Positions 25,004 to 34,960 of a stretch of DNA of 64,000 bases are shown here, one piece after another. Numbering within the stretch: the first letter of the stretch is position 1; each line of letters starts with the position of its first letter. The stretch is from the NCBI GenBank assembly GCA_964188305.1, contig OZ076893.1; one strand, 5' to 3'. This stretch comes from Podarcis bocagei (Eukaryota). Position numbers and translations under genes: made by a program. The notes under the pieces were generated by a model that was not told the DNA's origin, ran no database searches, and was given only the letters and a program-made list of their open reading frames with translations.

Positions 25004-27109
25004 GTAAGTACCGCTGCAAGAGGCGTCACTGGCACAACCCGGGCCGTCGCGGGGCTTTGGGGGTTGCATCGCCGGCCGGGAGGCAAATTCAACGGGAGGG
25101 GGAGGGGGGACGGCGGCAGCGGCTGCGGCTGCAGGAAAGGCCCGAGAGTTGCGGCCCGCGGGTTGTGGGGCGCGGCAGAGTGAGCCCCCTCACGTGCAGT
25201 CTGGGGCCGAGCAGCAGATGGGCAAGTCGAGGTCTGCCTGGGGAGATTATAACCCGACAGGGTGGGGGTAGGGGGCGTCTGTGGAGGCGGGCAGAAAACC
25301 ACCGGCTGCTGCCCGATCGGTGGGCGCTCAGAGGCGCTTGCTGAGCCGAGTGGTGCGCGGCTGCTTGGAGAGGTCTGCCGGCTTGGATGCGCAGAGGGAG
25401 CGGTTCAGCTTTCGGTTGGGACGCCACCATTCAAAATCGTAACAGTAATAATGCGTGTTTTTGTTTGTTTGTTTGTTTGTTTGCTTGCTTTTGCACGGGG
25501 CTGGCCCGCCTTCAGGACTCCCTCCCACCACCGCTTTCTCTTTCTCTCTGCCGCTTTGGTGAGAGCTTCCCCTAAAACCCAGGCAGATCAATGGCCGCCT
25601 CGGTCGGTGCCCCCTCCCCGCTCGCCCACCCTGGTGTGGGCGCGCGAGTCCGCGGGATCTCTCTCTCCGTGGGGACAATTTCCAAGGTGGCGGTGCTGGC
25701 GGAAGGGCAGCGTGAAAGCCTTCCGACGGGCCTTCCTTTGTGTGGTGCTGAAGCTGCGCGCCGCGGCTTTGTGCTGTGATGCCCGGAGAAAATGGCGAGG
25801 GGCCATTGTGCTGAGGCCGGGCTTTTCTGGGAGGGAAGGAAGGAGGGAGGAGAGTGAGAGAAGAGGCATCCCTCTCCTAAACCCCACTGGTCCTTTGAAA
25901 GGAGCCCCTCGCTCGCTGGAGAGCTGCAAATCTCGCCCTCTGGTTCTCTTCCACCTCCTGTCAGTGCGGAAGACGCCCATGCGTGCCTGCTTCTTCCACG
26001 ACGGTGACCCATGCTCAAAAGTCAGTCGGCCCGCCTTGGAGACGAGCGGGGCTGCGAGGCAGCCATCTGTCCTGTTCATGGGGAAAGAGTCTCGCCCTAT
26101 ATCACCCAAGCGGAAGATCACAGTTTCCTAGGGCAGACTGGGAACTAACTCAGAGAAAGCATCGTAGGAGGGCGCGGGTGGGGGGGGGGGCAGAATAAGA
26201 TACTTTTCCTTTTTCAGACGTTGCGCTCCGCCTGGTGTGGGGGAATTTTGATTGCAACAGTTCACCGCTCTGTGCCGTTTTTCATTTTCAATAGCAGGCT
26301 GAACGCTTAGAGCCAATAAATGGCACACAGTCCGTGCATAAGGAAACGGGTTTGTTGTTGATGCTGCTGCTGCTGTTTTCAGTTAATTGTTACGGACTCG
26401 AAAGATATTGCAAAAAAGGAGATATTCTCCTGTGCGGAAATAGTGACCATCCGGAAGATTGTCCTTCCGGTTTCGTAAAGTTGTAGAAATCCTGGCAAAA
26501 ATAAGTGATTTATTAAGATCCAAATCCGTGTGCATATGTTTTTTGCTTAAAATGCTTTGGGTTGTTTAATTTCTTGTAGCAATTTTTAAAATAATTTTTA
26601 AAAAAGGCTCCACTTCTCCAGAATCGATAATTCTTTTCAGTTCTGTTACGGCCTCTTTTTACGTATTCTATTTATATTCGTATCGAAGTCGTGTATAATT
26701 GTTAGACATTGGTGCACTAGTGTTTCGTATAGCCAAGAAGCAGAAAAGTGGTTTCCGTTGACCAACCAATGAATCTCTGTGCGTCTCTGTCTCTACACTC
26801 CCTACATCCTGCTGAAATCCGTACTGTAATCTACAGCTTTACTAAAACAACAGGAACGCCCATGGTAACTTTTAAAAAAATTATTCACTTTCTGTTGGCT
26901 AAGACAGTATTTATTATATAAACCCTTTCCTTTTAATGTCAATGTTATTGTTAAGAAAACAAGAATTTATCAGGGAGAAATGTAGCATTAAAAAAAATCG
27001 CCTTATGACAGCCTGCTAAAACAAAACAAAAATAAATAAATCGAAACTGTGGAAAGCAAAGCGATGTGCATGCGTTAAAATGGACCCCTTTCTGTCGCTC
27101 GTCATAGAG

Positions 27110-27130
27110 ATCAAAACCATGGACAGCGAA
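27110..27130 (+). promoter_or_regulatory. RE1/NRSE-like REST site (degenerate left half)
   Basis: atcaaaaccatggacagcgaa: one mismatch to NTYAGMRCCNNRGMSAG. Confidence 0.5.
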
Positions 27131-28042
27131 CGGATATTAAAGTAGGATTATCTCGATGGAATAATAATATCAATATTATCGTCCTGGAGGCCATCATTCC
27201 AAGCAGGCATTTGGTGGAACTGCCTTTCTTGAACGTCTGTGCTGCGTGTCGTCGTCCCCCCCACATCCCATCTCATACAGTTGTATAATATGTCAAACCG
27301 TGCAGAAGCACCTCTGCCATGCCCCACTGCAGCCTAAGCCGTCAAAGACCATTCTTAAGCAGTTACAAAACCGCACACATTTTTTTGTCACCAGCCAAAG
27401 AAAGCGCTTGTGTGTGTGTGTGTTTCTGCATCCTTTCGAATTCTAAGACAAAAGAAAAGATACAGTTCAGTTCTTCCATTAGCTGAGTGACACTGGTATA
27501 AATTAAATTGATTTTATCAGCGGCCAACTTCCCCGATTGGAAAAATTAAATGCCACACTGACAGACAAAGATAACACAGGAACGATCTATAGAGCGCAAG
27601 ACGAAAGGCAGCCTCGCTCCCCTCCCCCCCCGCCTTCGGTATTGGCGATCTGCTCTTCTCATGACACAAGGGACACGAAGGTCGAGTTTTGCCTAGTTGT
27701 CGGACTGGAGTGATTGAAACCATTGTTTGATTCGGAGAGACTGAGCTGATGAGTCATCGACTTTAGAGCAAAGCAAAGCAACAGTCGTAGCTTGCAGGCA
27801 AAAAGCGTTACTCTTCGGTTCAAATCAGGCTTTTAAAGCCTTCTCAAGCCTTTTAAAGCCTTCTCAGGCCTTCTAAAACCCGCACAAAGAGACGACACCA
27901 AACCCCGAAGTTTCCATCCAAGTCTTTCTCTCTCTCTGGCTATTTGTCACACGAGCTAAGGGTGCAAGGCCTTCAAGAGAGGCAAAGAGACAGACTGCCA
28001 TTTCCATCTCTCAGCAGCAGAGCTACTCCTTATCTTGACTGT

Positions 28043-28063
28043 GTCAGCACCGCAGACACAAAA
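28043..28063 (+). promoter_or_regulatory. RE1/NRSE-like REST site (degenerate right half)
   Basis: gtcagcaccgcagacacaaaa: one mismatch to NTYAGMRCCNNRGMSAG. Confidence 0.4.
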
Positions 28064-29454
28064 GACACTGCTGTTCTTTCCTGGATTCCTGAAAGCAAAT
28101 AGATGGTTTCGTCTCCCACCACCGCTTTTTTTGGGCGGGGGGGTTGATTTGCGAAAGGAGGGCTGCAGCTCTGACCTCCTCTGGAATAAGCAGTTGAAGG
28201 AACTTGGCCCAAAATTTTGGAGGATTTACTTGGGTGTTGACAATCCACCAGGCCGCCCGCATTGACTCTGGCGCAGTGTCACGCAAGTCAACGGAGCGAG
28301 AGGTTTGTGGATCGCGCCTCCGAGGCGCTCGCCCTCAATCCGCATCGGTCCTTCCTCTGTGGGCGGTTACAGACAGACAACCCTGTACCACCTTAACTAC
28401 CGCATGCGTGTCAGCTCTTGGGAAGTCAGCCGGCTGTCCAACAACCAAATGACCTTAGGGATGAGGTCTCTGATTTTATTATTACACCTCGTACTTCTTT
28501 ATCGTCCTCGCTAAGAAGTGTTGGGAATTTTGAGACACACCATGGATGCTAAAACAATATGTGGCTAAATGCTGGTGTTTGGGTGCTCTGGGTTCTCCTT
28601 TTGCCAAAGAATGAAAACAAAACAAAAACAAAACAAAAAAACCCCGACTTGTCTGCTGAGATGCGTGTGCCTGCATGTGTGGATTCACCCAATTCCAAAT
28701 TTGTTCCACCAGCTTGCTGGTACACAGAGGAGAAGAACGTCCTATAATCCTTCCGCAGTAATCTAGAGAATCTACAGCAGTTGCATTAATTACTGGGCAA
28801 AACTCTTCTTCTCTTCCCCCTCCCCCCGCCGCTCCCCCCCCCCCCTTCTCCTCGTTGCGATGAGGAAGGACTCTGGATTTTATATAATGCAGGCTTAGCT
28901 GCGATCAACCCTCCCTGCCCCTCCCCCCGCCTCCTCTCTCCTGCGCCTGGAGTATTTAAAGCAAATCTGTTCTCATTTCATGGAAGGGGTGGGGGCAAGA
29001 GAGGCTGGGAGCTCGAGACAGCCTTCTGTTGCTGGTAAATGAGGACACTCTGTGGCAACCGGAGCAGGGCTGCGGGTGAGGGGGTGGGCAGGATCTGTGC
29101 TCTGTGGAAAGCAGGGTGTCCTCTTGTCCTCCGGGCCGGATGGAGGCCGCGAGGGGAGGTCCAGCCTCTCCTTTGGGCAGAGATTGGGCGCCGGATGGGG
29201 CTGTCATAGCGAAGCGAGGTCGAAGCTGAGGCGGCGTCAGAGAGGCTTTCAGCCCGGGGAAAAGGTGGACCGTGAAGAAGGGCGAATCGGGAGATGCTCT
29301 CCGCGGGGACTTAAGTCGGGCTTTTGGTCCCAGCAGACCCCCAGGCAGCCGGGGGCGGGGGCTGGAGCTCCGGCTGGGGCTCGAACTCGCTTCTGGCTGA
29401 GCGCAGGGGCTGCTTTCAAGGACACGGGGAGATGATCAGGACTTTGGGAGCCAA

Positions 29455-29546
29455 CATCTGCCTGCCTGGTGACGTCAGCAGCCCCGTGTAATCCTCTTGT
29501 ACGGGAGGCAGATGCCTTATTTGTTTGGCTGGAGAGCCATTAATCC
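29455..29546. promoter_or_regulatory. Compact motif module: E-boxes, CRE, K50 homeodomain sites
   Basis: catctg 29455-29460, tgacgtca 29470-29477, taatcc 29489-29494, cagatg 29509-29514, taatcc 29541-29546. Confidence 0.5.
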
Positions 29547-30247
29547 CTAATTCTGGAGCGGCGAGCGAGGGGCGCGCACACGCACACGGACCGCTCCGAA
29601 CCAAGTTCCCCCCGGAAAAAAATAAACAGAAAGAAAAGAAAGGAGGTTGCTGGACGCCTCTCCGCGACACTCGGAGAGATCAGGCTCGCTGAAGGTTTGA
29701 AGGCGATCGATGGATTTTCCTCTGTTTCTTGAGTAAGGGGGGGGGGCGTTGTGTGTAACTGGGGGGAAGGGTAACCTCTTTTCGTGTGCCTGCGCGCGCG
29801 CGCGCCTTAATACATTGCTTTGTTGAGATTCCCACATGGTGGATTGATGCCTCCCTCGGTTTTGATTTTGTTTGGGTTTTTGTTTGGTTTGTTTTGCACG
29901 GGGAGAAAGTAAAGGGTTAACGCCGCTTGGGTCCGAGGCAGAGCTCCGGCAACGTCCTTTGTAGCTGGCGGGGCTGTCATTGGGGCCGATCCCGCGGTCC
30001 TAGTAGCAATGGGAACTGTGCTGCTTGCGTTCCGAATGGATCCGGATTGTATCCGGATTGTTCCTGCTGCTTAGCTAGGAGGGAACTCCAGCCTCTCTCC
30101 TCCTCAGACGGGGCAGACCCTCCCTTCCTCCTCTTGCTTTGCCCTCCTGCTTATTTAAATCCCCCACAACCTCCCCCCTACCTCAGCTGCCTTTGTCATT
30201 TTCGGCCGTCGGACAGCCGTAAAGTTCAGGCGTCGGTTCCTCCCCCC

Positions 30248-30280
30248 CTTAACCTCTTCGCCTTTGCTTCTCTTTCCTAG
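30248..30280 (+). other. Strong 3' splice site (branch point, polypyrimidine tract, AG) of a host-transcript exon
   Basis: cttaac followed by ctcttcgcctttgcttctctttcctAG|g; an exon would start at 30281. Confidence 0.55.
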
Positions 30281-31282
30281 GACACCGGGGGGTATGACGC
30301 AGAAGGCCTCCGGGGCGCGACCTGCCCTCCGCCCGCTTTCTCCGGAGTCGGATGCCACCAGCCACGGGAGACTTGGGAGAAGAGAGCCACGTCCTTTAAC
30401 CACCCATTTCCACTGGGATCTGAGTTGAGCGTCGCAGCAGTTGAGCGAAAGGCATTCAGGCGAAACTTCAGAGGCGCCAGTGGGCAGAGGTCGATCTGTC
30501 CAGGTTTGGGGCTGGTTTCTTTGATCACTGATGGCCTGTTCCAGCGTCCTTGCAGAAGTCCTCCAGAGTTCAGAGCCACTGCGGATTTGACGCCCGTTGA
30601 AACGCTGCCAAGTCCTAACCGTAGCCGTGTTTCTGTTGTTGAGTTGTCTCGCTCTTCCTCCTCCTCTTCCTCCTCCTCTTTCCTCTTCCACTTCCTATGG
30701 CACAGTCCCTGTAGCCAAACCAGATGGGCTGCCCAAACTCTCCCGGGAATGGGCAGGTGCTCTCGAGTTAATGTTTTCCGCTTTACAAAGCAAGTCGACA
30801 CGCATCCTGCCTCTCTCATTGGCGCACATCGCGCTACACGACTAATATATGTTTATATAGGGTAGATATCCAGAACCCTCCTTTAACAGAGAAAGGATGG
30901 CGATGCTTAAATGTCCCTGATGCGCAGGAATGGCTCGTGTGATGGGAGAGGGGAGGGCAGGCGAAATCCTCTCCTCTTCAGGAGCAATCAGCGCAAAGCC
31001 GTGTCATTCTGTGGTCTTAAGAAATTAAAGAGGGGGAAAACGAGTTGGCTACATTAGAGCAGCTTAACTAGGTGGCTTTCGAGGCAATCTTTAAGCAGAC
31101 TCTTGCCTGGTGGAACTGGCAGATGGGCTAAGGAAGCGGCCTCGAATTTAAAGCCAGGCCCGGAGCATAAAGCGGGGTGCGGGGGGGGGCGGTGCGCTGA
31201 AGATGAGGGCGGGGGTTGCTTTGCCTTCTTTCATCTTAAAGGTCGCTTGCCATTTTGTTTGCAGAGAGAACGTGACAAATCC

Positions 31283-31367
31283 GAGGCTTTGCCTCTCCGT
31301 GTTCACAGCGGACCTTGATTTAATGTCATACAATTAAGGCACGCGGTGAATGCCAAGAGCGGAGCTT
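31283..31367 (+). ncRNA. MIR124-2: pri/pre-miR-124 hairpin, miR-124-2 paralogue
   Basis: 5p cgtgttcacagcggaccttgat (31298-31319) and 3p taaggcacgcggtgaatgccaa (31335-31356) match canonical miR-124. Loop ttaatgtcatacaat and 3' flank gagcggagc match my recollection of miR-124-2. Confidence 0.97.
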
Positions 31368-32031
31368 GAAGACACCGTGGAAGAGCTGGTTTGACTCCCC
31401 CACAGACAGGGTTAGAAAAGCCCCGAGCCAATGCAAGTCCTTCTACTCCCATCTTAAGGCGCCAGTCCTATTTGTGTGGTGTCGGGCGCCCTATTTCCTC
31501 TAGACCCCTTGCCTTATCATTAAAGGTGCAGCGGGATGTCTCTTACCCATCACAGGTAGGTTCACAGTTGTTGTTTTTCCAGAGCTTCTTGCCTAAATCG
31601 TGTAAAGGCGACGGATAAAAAATAAATTCATTTGATAATATGATGGCATCGCTATGTTTGTTGATTATACACTCATCTCGTGTAATCTGCGTCAAGTTAG
31701 AGAAAGTCCTGCGGGGAGACACTTCGGTTTCTCAGTATTGTTCTCCACGAGATGGTGATGAGCTGAAGATGGCATAAAGCTGGAAAATCCCTAGGTTTCT
31801 GTCTGCGGGGTGAAAGCTAAAATATCATGGTTGCCTTTTTTTAAAAAAGTGGTGTAATATACAGTATCTGCAGAGCATTTCGGTAAAGAGAGCGGTGCTA
31901 GAGTGGGTGGGTGATGTGGCCCTTGAGCATCCATTTTTATGGCTGTCTTTGTTTAGCCTGGGCCTAAAACCGCGGGTTAACAAAGGGAGGCAAACCATCA
32001 CTGTCTGCATACTGGAAACGGGCAGAACCTG

Positions 32032-32052
32032 ACCGCTGTCCACGGTGCTGAA
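32032..32052 (-). promoter_or_regulatory. Canonical RE1/NRSE REST-binding site
   Basis: Reverse complement ttcagcaccgtggacagcggt, compared with consensus TTCAGCACCNNGGACAGCGCC. Confidence 0.88.
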
Positions 32053-33486
32053 GTCAATTTTGCCGGTGACGCTTGACTGTAGCTTATATTTATTAACGAA
32101 ACAGTGGCAGGAATGCTCTCCGTAGATTTAGGTACACTCGACTGTAGCACTCGGTTTCACGATCTAGTATTCTCTACCACAAAACAGTAGGCTGCAATGC
32201 ACATCCTAATGAACTTAATGATATATCCATCATGGATATATATGGGGGGGGGGGAGTGACTTTCAAGATTTCTTAAGATTATTCGGCAATCTAGAATGTT
32301 TTCAAAATTTAATAAATAAACGTAGTTTCCTTATACAAAGGAAGGGGTGAAAGTCTTGTGCAGCTACCAATATATTCAAAGAAGGATACCACCTCTTTCC
32401 TAAAAATGAGTGGTATATACATAGCAGGCTAGTTATGGACAGACATTTAATCTAAGTGTGGCTGTTAACTCTCAAATACGCCTAATTATGAGTTAATAGG
32501 AGAAAAAAATTACGTCCATGAAACCACTTGATAAGCGGGTCCTATGCTACCAGGGTAAGGGAGGATTTCGGACCAGGTGTACTCAGATTTTCACCACCAC
32601 TTCGCAGGACAATATAAATGGTAGCATACCGCGTTGGTAAGAGTAAATTGCCGGTTGGTAAATAGTCCTCTACAATTCACGTCTATTTCCTCTTTTTTGG
32701 ACTGGAATCGGTACTGTAGCTTTTGGCGCAAAGCCTCGGTGTTCGAATTACTGCCCCAGAGTGGGGCCTGAGCGAGGCTGCAGCAACAGCGAAACAGCTA
32801 TCAGGTAATGGAAGGCCAGGTGCCTCTAGGACACGCTGTTCTTTAATCTGGATTAAAATACGGGAAAGCGGATTACCCGCTTGGTATCTGAACCGGAACA
32901 CCAGAAAATCCCGATTCTGCAAGCACAGCTGGAGGCTGGTTGGTGCAGGAAAAGAGAAAAATCTCACAGAAAGAAAAGGCGAGTGGGGCCTATCTTGCGA
33001 AAACAGCCTTTTTAGTCAGGCATCCTTTTCGCTCTGGCTGCATCTATCTGCTGCCAACCTGCTAATCCCCCACGCACTTCCTCAGGAGTAAATCCTAAGC
33101 ACACCCATGGCAGTTCTGCCCCAGATGTTTGCCCGTGAAAGAATTGCGAGGGGCTTCTGCTGCAAAATCCAAAACCATCTCCTTTCAAAATAGGCCTATG
33201 GATGTCAGTGGGATTTAACTCCCAATGAAGTGTGTGAGGACTGGCACGATCCGTGATCCATTTACTTCGGAGCAGTCCCTCCACTTCTCTAAAACAACGC
33301 TGGAGTAAAGAAGCTGCAGATCGCACAGAGGAAATTTGCCTTTTGCATTAGAAGTAGTAGTAATTATATTAAATAAAGAAGTCTGATTTTCAGTAAGTTT
33401 GTTTGAAGTTAGTTAGTTTGGAGTAACAAATCTGAATTAACAGTCCATCTGAGGGGCAGATCTCCGCTTAGACATTACATTTTTAT

Positions 33487-33488
33487 CA

Positions 33489-33553
<65 letters not shown>
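33487..33553 (+). repeat. Compound microsatellite (CA)n(GA)n
   Basis: Seen directly. Confidence 0.95.
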
Positions 33554-33555
<2 letters not shown>

Positions 33556-34792
33556 CTCCATCGCGTCTTCAGTCACCTCCCTTAATGTTGTAAACACTCA
33601 GCTAGTCGAAAAACGAACCCCGCCTTATTTTCTTCCCATTGTATCGGAGGTTTCCTTGCATTTCAGATTCGTTGAGCAATGCATTTTGGAAATGTATAAT
33701 CGTCTCTTCCCCTACGCCACCTTTCCATATCCTAAACAACAGTGCTCGAATTGTGATGCACACAACTGACGAGTATTTGACAAGGTTAAAATGATAGAAA
33801 GAGCCATAACATTTTTTAGTAAAGAGTGGAAGGGAAAGAGAAGTCATACAGAGATTATTTAAAAGGGTGCTGCTCCCTACAATGACCAAGGCATTGAGCA
33901 GACTTCAGATAGTCACCCCCCCAACCCCCAGCCCACCCGAATTGTGATTTTCAGTCACAGGCTGATTTCTACCACTTGTGAGTGGCAAAGTGATGTTAGT
34001 TTGAACTCACCTCCTTATTTTATTTAGTACTGCACTATACCATACCGAAACATCTCTTCACTGTCCAACAAGGAACTTTTGGTCAATGCCATCCCTTATC
34101 AGTCTGCCTAATTTTTGTCAGGGGAAGGGAGAACCCGAGTCTTCCCAATGAACCGCTGGTTAGAAAAGAAGGATGTTGACATCATCTGAGCTAGTGACCT
34201 TAAACCCATTTAAAACCATTTTTAAAAATCCGGGTCTGCTGTCAGATTAAGGACCCTTTATTTTGACATTGTTATGTTTAACATTCAGCACCTTCCTCGC
34301 AGCTTCCAACGTAAGGAGTCAACTGCTGTTCTCTCATCCATCCATCCTCTCCCCTCTCTGGGTATAACTCCCCAATCCACCTCAATCAAGATGTCCCAGT
34401 GGGAGGCGAATAGGGAGATTTACCTTAGGGGCCCCTGTGCAATCGGAAGCACTCTGATTGTGCCTTTCTTAATAAGGAGGAAAGCCTCTCGGAACTGCTT
34501 GAGAGAGACAGTCTTGCCCTTGAGCTGCTAAAACGAAGCCATACTGCCCTACGGGAGTAGCAGTTTTCTTTCGCTTTGCACTCCAGCTTAACTAATTTTG
34601 GTCGACAGCGTGCAGAGGATTTAACTAGGCGATGGCGCACTCTGCTGCCTAGAAGAGGCAAGGACATCGCTGAATAAACGTGGCATCTGGCAACTTGGAA
34701 GAGAACTAACTGCCAGGCGCAAAGAGGGAAAACTAAACATTCACAGTCCTGCCCTGTTAGAAGCTGAAAGGCCGATAGAGACGCAGAGGCTG

Positions 34793-34960
34793 GCAGCTGT
34801 CCTGGTGCTGATTAAAAGTCTGGGGTAGTGACGTCATGAGATGTTGCCGCATTCTAGAATGCTGGAGTTGTTTTGGTGCAAAGAGCGCGGGGGTGGGACA
34901 GGGAGAGCTGCGGGCACCTCACTTGGAATGACGACACTTAACAAACGAAGGGTCACGTGA
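34793..34960. promoter_or_regulatory. Downstream module: compressed-spacer RE1, perfect CRE, CACGTG E-box
   Basis: Reverse complement atcagcacc-a-ggacagctgc (34793-34812); tgacgtca 34829-34836; gtcacgtga 34952-34960. Confidence 0.55.

Noticed and set aside
24444-26131. Multiple long overlapping ORFs (up to 289 aa) in the CpG island
   Set aside because: Low-complexity R/G/P/A composition on both strands, non-ATG starts and no domain motifs; expected in GC-rich DNA.
30155-30865. ORFs of 146-180 aa on both strands
   Set aside because: Driven by GC content and the (CCT)n tract; no recognisable homology.
31621-31626. AATAAA as the host-transcript polyadenylation signal
   Set aside because: Several alternatives lie downstream (e.g. 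32311); sequence alone cannot choose between them.
34284-34292. Isolated RE1 left half-site ttcagcacc (similar half-sites at ~6942 and ~42948)
   Set aside because: No GGACAG right half nearby.
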